Below, piece by piece: positions 13,827-26,503 of a stretch of 64,000 nt of DNA (positions are counted from its first letter, which is position 1; the number at the start of each line of letters is the position of its first letter). The DNA is from Octopus sinensis (lineage: Eukaryota): positions 113,274,001 through 113,338,000 of the forward strand of contig NC_043000.1 in NCBI RefSeq assembly GCF_006345805.1, given 5' to 3'. The notes beneath the pieces are model-generated. The model was not told where the DNA came from, did not search any database, and saw only the letters and a program-made list of their open reading frames with translations. The position numbers and the translations under genes are program-made.

Positions 13827-16676
13827 GTGTGTGTATACACATATATATGCATACATATAAACATATACAAGTATATATGCCATGTTTACATGTGATGTAT
13901 ATATGTCTATATATACATATATACATACATAGATACATACATAATATATATATATATATGTTGCACTTTGCATGCGTGTATACGTACATTTATATTCATA
14001 TTTATGTACATATGTGTATATATACATGTGCGTGCGTGTGTGTGTGTGTTGTGTGTGTGTGTAAAGGACATTGTTGTCACTCGACTAAATCTATGTCACT
14101 CTAACCACTAAGATGATCAACGCCATCACCAGCGTCACCCACCACCGCCAACAAGTTCCCACCGCCGTCACCAGCAATACTCGTTATATTATATCACAGC
14201 AAAATTCCAATACCTGAAACAAAGCGATATCCAGTAATAATAACCCCACTATATCTCGTGTGATATTCGATAATGAATATTGTCACGATAATAAAAGCCT
14301 GCTAGTGTTATATTATGATATCTGACTAATAATTACGTATTAATATAACACCGCGATTCTGCTGTTACGAACAGATAAATCTCTAAGTCGGAGACAACTT
14401 CGCTCCGAACCAACTTTGCCAAACTGCCAATTTGGAAATCTACCAAAAATGCAAATCACTTCATTTCGGAGAACACGCACGAGCACACATTTACGCCCAG
14501 GAACACAATCACGCATATATATAGACATATACGCATGTATATACACAATATATATATATATATATATGTGTGTGTGCGTGCACATGTGTGTGGGTATATG
14601 TAAATATGCATATGTATATATGTGCGTATATACATATGCATATTTGCGTATATATGTGTTCCAAACGTGTGTTTATATATATGCATATTCATACATGCAT
14701 ATATATGTATACATGTGTATCTCTGTGTGTGTATATATATATATATATACCTGTATCATGAATCTGACTGTTTATATATACGTGTGTGTATGAGTGTGTA
14801 TGCGTACATGCATGTGTGCGTGTATGAGTGTGTATGCTTACATGCATGTGTGTGTGTATGTTTGCGTTATGCGTCTTAATAAATGGCTATGTGTATGTAT
14901 ACATATACAGATCTGTGTATGTGTGTGTTCTTCGTGTATGGTTTTGTAAGTATATATGTACGAATGTGAAATCTGCGAAGATTATTGGTTTTCTTCAGGA
15001 AGAAAATTATCGGTGTCACTGCCAAAGACGGTGAAGTAAATTTTACAGTAGCAGAGCAATTCCACAAGTCTGTTAGTTGGCATGAGTGAAGTTGATAGTA
15101 CAGATACGGGCCGAACAAAACAACATCAGACGTTTCTGGCATTCAAACCAGTTCTTATCAAAAATTAAACGCACTTCTCGAAGACGATGCCTTTTCCGTA
15201 CATAATAACAGTGTGCTGTTAGCTTTGTACACTAGCAATCAACGAACGGCATGTTACTAACAAAAGACTATTGTTAATAACAATGTAGGTTTCACATCTG
15301 GAACGGCCGCAGCCTTATTGAAGCTGTCTTTCTACATATTACCTCGACAACAACCTCTACCGTACTGTCATCTGGTATCTTGTTTATAGCCATACTTCTT
15401 TTCTATCAGATCATCACCCTTTTTGCTAATCGTTGCACCAAATCCGACCCTAATATTAAATCAATCCACTGGAAGTCCATTCTCACTCAAGAGATTTTGC
15501 TGTGTGAATCTACAACCAGATTCTTAACGACGATGGGCGCATGTCGCTTCCACTGAAGCCTTCTCGGTCCAAAGGTTCCTTATTTTCTTAATTAAAATCT
15601 CGTTGAGATCAAATTCAATATTCTAGGATGGATAAAATAAAGAACTGATCCAGATTAAGAATTGGTTGAATTATTCGATTGACCGATAAAAATGCCTTGT
15701 GGAATTTTTGGCAAACTGAGGGGGGGGGAGAAACTTCTCTGTATTTAGCGACAAGATAGTGTTTGTGAATAGACCACGAAGGAGAGCAACAGGAAACGAA
15801 CTTTGTATTCCGCAAGGAAAATTCCATGATAAACAAATACTCTTTGTGACGGATGTCAGCATAGTTTCATTCCTCAATCTGATAACCCAAGGAAGATCAT
15901 AGGCAGGAACGGAAAACCGTCGATGATCCAAAAGTCAGTGTTATAAAATCTTGAAATATTATTATCCACACAAGAAAGAATGGTTTGATTAAATAGGTCG
16001 GAGATTAACAGAGAACAGAGAGAGGCGTAAGTAAATATCACAAGGCATGTTTGCCTGCCTCTCTGCAACAGATTATTCCAATCCACCGCCATTGTTGATC
16101 AAATAAAATGGTCAATAAACGAAATTAGTATCAGTTGTAAACTCATACTTTATTAACGACAAATACAATAAAATTTCGGCAATGAAAATATAATAGTGAA
16201 TAGTTTTGCGTGTGTGTGTGTGTGTGTGTGCATTTGTGCTGTTTTTCTCCAACAACTACAGGTCGTGCTGGAATTATTATTTAGGTTATAAGGATTTCCA
16301 CCCATCTTGGCAAAACTCAGACAGACAAACTAAGCACAAACACTAAGAAGCACACACACTCACACACACAACGCATCGCCCCGGGCCGGGAATGGAAACC
16401 ATAATCTTACGATCATGAGTCCAATATCTCAACCAGTAATCAATCCGACTCTCCTCAGCAAGTAAGAAACCTCTACAGAATTCTACTGAGGTGCACAACG
16501 GAATATTGTTTCCATTTCAAAAGTGATGTTGCTGCTACACACAAGGACACCTTTGACGCATCCACAGAAAAGTCAATCTACACGGGCGTAAAATCACACA
16601 CAACGACATCTTCAACACAGTCGTGCGGTCACCACATTCTGTCCTTTTTAAATTCTAATATTGAGCCCTCTGCTCA

Positions 16677-16860
16677 GGTGGTGATCTGGCGGAATCGTTC
16701 GCACGCCGGGGGTGGGGAATGCTCAGCGGCATTTTGTCCGACTTTACGTTCTGTGTTCAAATTCCACTGACGTCGTGTTTTGCCTTCCATCCATTTCGAG
16801 ATCGATGAAATCGACTTAACACCACCCCGAAATTGCTGGCCTGGTGCCAAAGTTTGAAAC
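16677..16860 (+). mobile_element. Diverged SINE (C-type tail)
   Basis: tggcggaatcgttcgcacgcc head, gttcaaattcc B-box, ccgaaattgctggcctggtgccaaa tail. Confidence 0.8.
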
Positions 16861-18027
16861 CCTCATCGAGACTTCTGCTGGATGGACAAGTGAGAATTCC
16901 TTTTAATTCCTGGTTTAAAGGTCGATTTGTAATTCGTGTCGCAAACCTTTGGTCACACAAATCCATGATTGGTACACTCAGCTTGTGATTTTTATCGTTT
17001 CATCATAGTATTTACGAAGAAGGCAACACAACTGGACGCTTTTAGAGTGAGATAGCTTCTTGTATCGATATTTGTGCGAGTTGGTGACTCTTTGTCTTGT
17101 TTACGGCAAAACTCATTTACCTTGAACGTAGTTGATAACTTCAGGCTCTAATTTCGAGGAGTTACTATTTAAAATATTCAAGACTGAAATCAACTCAAGC
17201 TATATTGACGATGTCTTTCGGCAGACTTTTGGAAACGAACACATATTTCGAAACCAGATATTTGCCTATACGAATTCACGCTGAGTTTGAATAACATGTG
17301 ACGGGAGGCGGGTGGTGAGTGGCAGGTGGGGTGAAAAACCAGATGCTATTTTGGATATGACTACACTTCGTTTTTTGAATATTTTCTTTGCTCTAAACTT
17401 ATAAAATCTTGGTTAGAAAAATACAAGTTCTTTAAAACCATTATTCCCTAAAGCTACATCTTAGTAACTATCTGGTCTGAAAAATGAAATTTTGCCTTAA
17501 AATATTTTAGGAAATCAGGTACATACACAGACACACGTATGTATGTATGTATGTATGTATGTATGTATGTATGTATGTATGTATGTACGTACGTACGTTC
17601 GTATCTATCTATTTATCCATCTATGTTGGTGCGTATGGAGGTAAGTATGAGTCTAATCATGCACGTTGTAGGTAGGTATGTGTGTATTCATGTATGTATG
17701 TATGTATGTATGTATGTATGCATGTATTAAGGTGTGTATATATGTATATGTGTGCTAGGTTCCAGGTAGAAAGTTGATAGCAATTTCTGTTGATTTATAT
17801 ATACACACATCCATATATTCGTATATATAAGATTTTCCTTCGCTTCTCTGTAAAGATTATAATGGCTTGTATCAGATTCTAGCGTAACCTCAAAAGAAAT
17901 AACTCGAAATCATAAAAAAAAGAAGGAACACGGAAAAAGAGAATGAATATAAGTATGGCGGATGCAGGTTTTAGCTTTACGCTACAAGGAAAAAACGACA
18001 ATGATTATATTCGTGGTTAATGTAACG

Positions 18028-18129
<102 letters not shown>

Positions 18130-18849
18130 ACCTTATATAGATGCATATAAATTTAGAAATGCCTGGGTGGGATTAGGTTTCTATATCTGAGCTGTTATGG
18201 GTCTCTCAGAGAATTTTCATGTAAGATGTCGAATCCGTTAATGCGAAGCTATGTAAATATGTGATATATCTTAATATTGTCTTCTGGCGTAGGTCGATGT
18301 CTAAACGGCTTTCTGTTCGAGATTTTCCTCTGAAAAACCTTCTAAATATAAACCTCATCACAGTTATCATGTCCCATGGCATTGTCAGCTAAATCCAGCT
18401 TTGCACAAACTTTTACTTATTCTGTTTTACACATCTATACATACATGCATACATACACAAATACATATATGCATATACGTATATACATATATATTTAACA
18501 TACTTACATACCTCTGGCAATATATATATGTATATATAAAAGCACGCACACGCATATATGTATACACATATACTCAAATATATGTTTATATTTATATAGT
18601 TATATATACACTTACGTATGTGCACACCTTATATATATGTATATATATATTATATATATATATATATGTGTGTGTGTATATATACATATACATATATAAT
18701 ATATATATATGTGTGTGTGTGTGTGTCTGTGTATGTATGTATATGTATAGCTGTGTGCGAGTGTCTGTCAAACGGCATACACACTACACAGACAAATAAA
18801 TGTGTGTGTATATATATATATATATTGTATATATAAATATATATATTAT

Positions 18850-18880
<31 letters not shown>

Positions 18881-18928
18881 GTATATATATATAGGGGATA
18901 TAATATATATATATATAGATATATATAT

Positions 18929-18963
<35 letters not shown>

Positions 18964-19459
18964 CACACACATTTATTTGTCTGTGTCAGGTGTGTATTGG
19001 CGTCCGTGACTGTATGTGTTATGATATTTCTAGTTTGCACTTACATACACAGACACGCGCACACGCGCACACACACGCGCACACAAACACACACACGCGC
19101 GTGTGCGCATGCACGCACATATATAGACACATCCATATATGAGGATGGGATTGTCTTCGTTCATATGTCTCTGTGTGCAAGTATGTGTTGTTTCTTGGGA
19201 AGCCTAGCGCCGTCCACTAACGCGGTACATCAGAGATGGCAAGAATGAAAGTAAGTTTTCGATGGAGATAAGAAATAAAGATTATAACCCAACAAAGGAA
19301 GGGACGGGGGATGGAACAATTTAGTGAAATGTGTTGGGGTGGGGGACCGAACTAGAAAGTGAATGAGAATAGGTGTGAGAGAACGGAAGGTGTAACAGAT
19401 TTACATGTTGAATTTATTGTGCTTGGCTTCAAGTCATCTCATTGGTTGCTCAGTATCTA

Positions 19460-19497
<38 letters not shown>

Positions 19498-19712
19498 GTA
19501 GAAATATATCTATATATTCTATCTATGTGTATGCAAAGAAGTATGCGTATACATGCATACATATGTGTATATATGAAAACTTGAATATCTCCCAGGCGCG
19601 AATGTTGATTAGCGATTTATCTGAAAGCTGGTATCTGAGACACGCGCAATATGTACAGATTATAAATTATTCTGATATTAATACATTAAGAATTGCCTAT
19701 ATATACATATAT

Positions 19713-19790
<78 letters not shown>

Positions 19791-19794
19791 TTAA

Positions 19795-19860
19795 ACCAAA
19801 CATGAACAAAGAGAAAATACAACAACACGAGGACGTGGAACAAGTATAGTGTTAGTGGAC
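19795..19860 (-). mobile_element. Fragment of the 7705-type Penelope-like repeat, abutting a CORE-like SINE
   Basis: aacacgaggacgtggaacaagtatagtgttagtggacg matches the reverse complement of about 7838-7880. Confidence 0.75.
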
Positions 19861-20210
19861 GCCATGCTGGAGCACCGCCTTTAATCGAGCAACTCGACCC
19901 CGGGACTTATTCTTTTGTAAGCCCAGTACTTATTCTATCGGTCTCTTTTGCCGAACCGCTAGGTAACGGGGGCATAAACACACCAGCATCGGTTGTCAAG
20001 CAATGCTAGGGGGACAAACACAGACACACACACGCATATATATATACATATATATTTCAGTTTCCGTCTACCAAATCCACTCACGAGGCTTTGGTCGGCC
20101 CGAGGCTATAGTAGAAGACACTTGCCGAAGGTGCCACGCAGTGGGACTTAACCCGGAACCATGTGGTTGAGAAACAAGCTACTTACCCCACAGCCACTCC
20201 TGCGCCTATG
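19860..20210 (-). mobile_element. tRNA-derived CORE-like SINE (second family)
   Basis: Reverse strand reads gtggcaccttcggcaagtgtcttctactatagcctcgggccgaccaaag (ccttgggcaag CORE-like motif) with the ggtgctccagcatggc tail. Confidence 0.9.
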
Positions 20211-20621
20211 TACATGGATATATATATACATACTTATAAATATGTATATGCGTTTGTGAGTTGGGTGTGAAATATTGTTGGGAGAATGTTGTCCGATGAC
20301 GCCATTACTGTATTTTCACATATGTTATATGTGAGGAGATACGTCTGCCCAATGTGTTTCATCAACGAAAGGCCTTTTAACGTCAGAACGTACACAAGTG
20401 GGTTGAATATGACCGTGCAAGCATGGCGAATTTAGTTTATTTATTCCAGCGTCTTAAAACTTTATGCACGTCTGTAAATCTTCTGTTTGCCGTCGTTTTG
20501 TTAGGGCTGTGAAGGACAGAACCAGTATTCGTAATTGAACCTGCGAAATCATCCATAAGTTTTTATAGTGAATACTTATATGCTGATAGATATTTAAGCC
20601 CAGAATCAGCTGAGCAAGCTG

Positions 20622-20680
20622 TTCTTGCTGATGACGCTACGGAAATAGGCGAAACTGAATATTCAGTGTAAGGAATTCTC
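20622..20680 (+). ncRNA. Near-complete type I hammerhead ribozyme fold (probably decayed, GUG triplet)
   Basis: Stem I UUCUUG(20622-27)/UAAGGA(20669-74), core CUGAUGA (20628-34), stem II GCUA/UAGGC with one bulge, GAAA (20651-54), perfect palindrome ACTGAATATTCAGT as stem III. Confidence 0.6.
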
Positions 20681-20819
20681 GATCGGTGTTTTGAGCGATC
20701 ACAGTCCCTATAAGCATATGTGTATACAATTATGTGCTTAGAGCATTTTAGCTCTTAGTTCTAGCAAAACAGATGTTCTAACAACCTTAGTGGCAATTAC
20801 ATATATATACATATTCCTT

Positions 20820-20979
20820 TATTTTTTCGTTTCATTCATATGACTGCAGACATGCTGCATCACCGCCTTAGTCTTTGTAAGTAAGGTACTTATTCTATCG
20901 ATCTCTTATGCCGAACTGCTAAATTACAGGTACATAAACTCACCAATATCGGTTGTCGAGTGGACAAACAAAGATACTA

Positions 20980-21000
<21 letters not shown>
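20820..21000 (-). mobile_element. Partial CORE-like SINE (3' half)
   Basis: tacttattctatcgatctcttatgccgaactgctaa is similar to about 19925-19965. Confidence 0.75.
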
Positions 21001-21017
<17 letters not shown>

Positions 21018-21048
21018 TTATATACATATATATAATATATATATTATG

Positions 21049-21109
<61 letters not shown>

Positions 21110-21906
21110 GGCACAGTACATCAATAGGATAACATAATCTAAGGTTAAAAATTTGATTATGATGAAGATGATGATGATGATGATGAGGAGGAGGAGGAGG
21201 GGGATAGTGATGTATATCAACAGCCGCAGCTGCAGCTTTATCATGGACATTATCATTATTTTTATAACGAAGAGCATCGCGAATAGGACATCCGTATAGC
21301 TGTTTAAAAAAATTATTGACAAAAAATGTTTCGAAAGCAAGCATCTTGAGGGGTTTCGAACGAAGGGGCTGATTTTATTGACACCTGTTCTTGACTGAAA
21401 CAATATTTTAAAAATTTGAATAGGCAATTTGCCATCATTAACAGAATAATTAAGTGCATTGTTGTAAACCACTGAAGCAGAAGTAGTTTTAAGAAAACCA
21501 AAACGGTTAATCACCGACCAAAAATAATAGCAGCGAAAAGTAGTATCAGCATTATGATGCTCGGAGTACGTGGGCAGAAAATAGACTAGGTGAAGAATAG
21601 GCGACTAAATATAAGAAGTTACAATTTTTAAGTTTCACGTCGATCTTGTAGTGACGCCTGGTTCCAGACGCCATTTTGGGATTTTTCATCCGCGCATGTG
21701 CAGGGATTAGTCGTTCATGACCGAAGAGCATCACAAAACAATCCTTGTAAATTTTAACATTTGGCAAAACTGCGTCTACTGACTTGTGTCCTACCGATAG
21801 TGCAAGTATATACACAAATGTGAATACATACACGCATACATAAGCACACATGTACACTCTGAAACGCACACAGCTACATGTATATGGAAAAGTCAGTTTC
21901 CTTGTA

Positions 21907-22015
21907 CAGTAATCTTTCGACTATCGCGGGTGTTACGTTCCAAGACCCTCCGCGATAGGTGAAAATCCGCGAAGCATAAACAGTACTGTAATGTATATAT
22001 ATATATATATATATA

Positions 22016-22060
<45 letters not shown>

Positions 22061-22200
22061 TATATATATATTTATTTATTATTTTCACAATTTGTTTGTA
22101 TTTATTTTATTATAAATGCAAAACAACAGCACAGAGGAATCAACATAAGCTGAAATTATAAACCGCGATAGGTGAACTGCGATATGGCGAGGGATTACTG
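21907..22200. mobile_element. pogo/Tigger-like MITE with TA TSD
   Basis: TA|CAGTAATCTTTCGACTATCGCGG ... CTGCGATATGGCGAGGGATTACTG|TA terminal inverted repeats. Confidence 0.9.
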
Positions 22201-22306
22201 TACTTTCAGTTTATCATGGCCATCACGTACGAAAATCCTCTCTTCTCTTTTTGTGCATCTCCTTCATTTTCTCATGTTAAACTTGCTCACTCTATAAAAA
22301 CATATG

Positions 22307-22538
22307 CAGTAATCCCTCGACTATCACGGGTGTTAAGTTCCAAAACATCCCGCGATCGGTTAAAATATCCCAAGTATAAACAGTACTGTAGCGTATATAT
22401 ATATTTTATTATTTTCCTAATATATATAAATATTTATTTTATAATAAATGCAAAACAACACCGCAAAGAAAACGACGCGAAAGAAACGAAGTAAGCTTAA
22501 ATAATACGCCGCGATAGGTGAACCACGAGAGATGACTG
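22307..22538. mobile_element. Second copy of the pogo/Tigger-like MITE
   Basis: cagtaatccctcgactatcacgg start, shared ataaatgcaaaacaac interior, ends gatgactg|ta. Confidence 0.85.
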
Positions 22539-22688
22539 TAAATGCATGTATTTTGTATATATATATATATGTGCCGATATGTCACTGCTTTACGAATATA
22601 TCGTTTATGTTATATATGCATAGGTGTGCGTGTATACAGCTGCGTGTATATGCCTATATGTGCATATATACGTATATACATACATACA

Positions 22689-22729
<41 letters not shown>

Positions 22730-23283
22730 TTGTGTGTGTGTGTACTTACGTACGTACGTACGTACGTACATAATACATACATACATACATACATACATAG
22801 TGTACTATTCCGTGATGGTAAGATAAACAAAAAAACACACCATCTGCTGCGATAAATATTATTCAATAAACACAGTATATGATTTTATGTGCTACTATTA
22901 ATTCCATGTGATGAGAGCTTGCCAGACAGGAATTTTTTAACACGTGTGATGTCCCAGAACAATCTTCAAGGACTGCCCATATGGCATTTGTGAGAAGGGG
23001 CAGAGTGATTCAAATGCTGAGAGTTCCATGTGTTGGCACGTATCAAACAAGTTCCAGATTGAAGGGTTGTAAATTCAAATACCACTGAAAATAATATTTC
23101 TTTGAATGATTCTGGGTCAGATTATAAACACAATTACAATATCACGTGGATATTTCATATTTTTCATCTCATTTGCCCGTTATGCCGTTCAATAAGTAAA
23201 TACAATAAGTAAATCACCAGACATATATATATTTATATATACATATATATAAATGGATATATATATATATATAATATATATGG

Positions 23284-23363
<80 letters not shown>

Positions 23364-23664
23364 TACTAATATAAGGGTTTCATATACATATATATATATA
23401 TACATATATACATATATATATGCACGCTCTTATCAGTGGAGAATAATAAGTTGGAGATAAACAAAAATATTTATTATTGCTTTTTGTTCACGACAAACTG
23501 TCTGTAGTTGATATCACGTGTATAGTTTGTAATTTCATTTTCAAACTCACATCTCTGTACACCTGTCGATGTTATTAACCAAATATACGATAGGAAGTGT
23601 ATATCTTTTTATACATACCATACATATTTCGAACATAGTTTCATATTCAGGATCGTATATGAAA

Positions 23665-23700
<36 letters not shown>

Positions 23701-23945
23701 ACACACACACACAGTGTTTATATGTGTGTACCTGTGTGTTCACCAATATGTGTGTAGCGATGTGATGTGTACCTAAGTTGTACGATAAGAGAATTATTGA
23801 AATCTGAAGCAGCCGACGTCGATAATGAACCAGAAAGACCTCCATCTTAAAAACATATCTAAGAACAAACTCGACCTCACGTCAGAGCCTCTTAATAAGC
23901 TGATACGTAAACAGAAATGCATTCACACACACACAAACACACACA

Positions 23946-23995
<50 letters not shown>

Positions 23996-24069
23996 TATAT
24001 ATACATATATATATAAACTTCTCATACAGATACACACACATAAACGTATATGTGTGTCTCTGTATGCAT

Positions 24070-24160
24070 TTGGTTCAGTGGTTAGAGCGCCAGGTTCACA
24101 ATCATGAGATAGTGAGTTAGTTTCTGAACCGGTCTGTGAGTTGTGTTCTTCAGCACAACA
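24070..24160 (+). mobile_element. tRNA-like SINE head fragment
   Basis: ggttcagtggttagagcg A-box-like start followed by a degenerate B-box. Confidence 0.55.
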
Positions 24161-25109
24161 CACCTCTAAAAAGAGTCCTGAAATTGTTGCACTGTGGACA
24201 GCCTCAAGGAAACGACCCTTTGGTTGGTCGAATTTCACTAGACGTCCCCCAGAGCCAATTTGACTTCTAACCAATTCTGTCATGTATTGGATAATGTTGT
24301 CCTGGATATATCTGCTATAAATGAGAGGAACGACGGTCAGACAGCAACAAATACTGTTGTATATATTCGCCGCCTCCATTCGAACATTCAGGTACAGTCT
24401 TGGTGAGACTGGCCTCCTTGCGCCATCTTTGTCCCAGTAGTTATTCACCTGAAGATCTGACCTGAACTACATATCAATTATATTAACAGGACTGTCAGAT
24501 GAATTACCGGGATAATATTCTCTATATGGCCAACAGTGTTGTCTGGAATATGTTTCAAATAAGTTTTGGAAATATGCAATTTGCTTGAGGTTTTGCAATC
24601 TGATTTTAACACCCATTTAATCTATATGTTTTGCTTCCATACTACCTATAAGTTGCTTACTGCTGTCTGAATACCTGTGTAGGTGCGTATGTTTAGATGT
24701 GTGGTTGTGAGATGTGTGTTAGATGTGTGTTTGTGTAGGTGCGTATGCTTAGATATGTGTTTGTTAGATGTGTATATAAACTATTTCTTGTTGAAGTCAC
24801 AATGTTACAGGGCATCCACCGTAGCCAACATCACAACCTACAACACTACCACTAACACTATATCCAATACCATGACCAGCGCTGCTAACAGCACAAAGAC
24901 TAATAAAGCTATCGACAAACTTTGCCTTTCAGAACTTGCCTCATATATTCTTGACCCCTTTCGATCTCTAACTCTACACAGGGGTATTATATTATCGTGG
25001 AAACAGATCGTACTGTGCTTTAATCTGCAAGTACGGTAAACCTTATTGCATTCACTTCTGATGTTGTCTTATTGCACGTCTTCTAATATCTATAAATTAA
25101 TAGAAACAC

Positions 25110-25345
25110 AAGCATTAACAGTGACTTCCTTAAGGACCTTCAATCTCTTCCTCTCCCTCCTCCCTCCTCTCTCATCAATGACGACCAGTAAGGCTTCTGC
25201 TAAGCCAGACCCACGTCACCTCTACCAATATTACCACCAGTGGGGTCCCAGCTGAGAGAAACTCGGTAAAAGCATAGTCGTTACACTTGAAATAAGCAAA
25301 GCTGTGGCACGTGCGAAACACCACGAAATTACCTATTTATAGTCT
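25110..25345 (+). pseudogene. Decayed LINE reverse-transcriptase fragment (CR1/L2/jockey-type)
   Basis: LINDDQ*GFC*ARPTS and HQWGPS*EKLGKSIVVTLEISKAVARAKH resemble the Q(Y)GFR..RST and LDISKAFD.V.H motifs of LINE RT. Confidence 0.7.
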
Positions 25346-25448
25346 CGATATAAGCCCTCACTGACCCGCTCTCAATCAGCTATGATTTGCCTCAAAGTTC
25401 GGTTTTGTCTCATTCCTATTTACTAACACATTCAAAAACAACCATTAT

Positions 25449-25677
25449 CTATTTCTTTACTACCCACAAGGGGCTAAACACAGAGGGGGCAAACAAGGAC
25501 AGACAAACGGATTAAGTCGATTACATCGACACCAGTGCGTAACAGGTACTTAATTTATCGACCCCGAAAGGATGAAAGGCAAAGTCGACCTCGGCGGAAT
25601 TTGAACTCAGAACGTAACGGCAGACGAAATACAGTTACGCATTTCGCCCGGCGTGCTAACGTTTCTGCCAGCTCGCA
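25449..25677 (-). mobile_element. Family A SINE, near full length
   Basis: Reverse complement matches the A consensus seen at 25961-26192. Confidence 0.95.
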
Positions 25678-25960
25678 TCGTATATGTGATACGATCCTTT
25701 ATTCTGTCGAAATCTTTCCCAAGAATAAATGTTCTGATTAATCTTCGTTTGTTTGCAAATATCTCATTAATAACATAATCAAAAAACTATCAAGAATGTT
25801 GTCTAAACTAACGATTTCATAAATAATATAGGACAGGATATTAGATTCAATCATAAGATTCATTGTAGCTCAAAATGCTGTCAAAACCATTGTTTGATAC
25901 TCCCGCTTCTAAGACCTCTGAAGCTTGTGTGGAAGGTATAGTGGTATGTTCAAAACGGAA

Positions 25961-26192
25961 GGCGGCGAGCTGGCAAAAACGTTAGCACGCCGGGCGAAAT
26001 GCGTAGCCGTATTTCGACTGCCGCTACGTTCTGAGTTCAAATTCCGCCGAAGTCGACTTTGCCTTTCATCCTTTCGAGGTCGATAAATTAAGTACCAGTT
26101 ACGCACTGGGTTCGATATAATCGGCTTAATCCGTGTGTCTGTCCTTGTTTGTCTCCTCTGTGTTTAGCCCCCTGTGGGTTGTAAAGAAATAG
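25961..26192 (+). mobile_element. Full-length family A SINE with 24-bp TSD
   Basis: TATAGTGGTATGTTCAAAACGGAA at 25937-25960 and 26194-26217. A-box-like tggcaaaaacgttag and B-box gagttcaaattcc. Confidence 0.97.
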
Positions 26193-26469
26193 ATATAGTG
26201 GTATGTTCAAAACGGAAACCTTATGCGGATGCTCGCTAGAGAGACCCAAGGATTCTATGATATGGAGACTGGACACGCGAAATTCCCAGCAACGTTTCGA
26301 GCAAATTCAGCTTTCGACAAATAAAACCATTCATCAAAGAGTTTTCTCTTAATTTTAATTCACAGCGGTGTGAAACCTCAATCATCACAATATACATACG
26401 TGAAAACATACAAAACACACACATACACGTATGTACGCGTATATATACAAACATGCATATATATTATAT

Positions 26470-26503
<34 letters not shown>

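Noticed and set aside
20559-20668. Exon-like stretch EYLYADRYLSPESAEQAVLADDATEIGETEYSV
   Set aside because: It is better explained by the hammerhead fold it overlaps. No homologue is recognised and there are in-frame stops nearby.
26285-26320. gctcgaaacgtt on the minus strand, like the hammerhead 3' half
   Set aside because: There is no CUGANGA core or stem II partner upstream.
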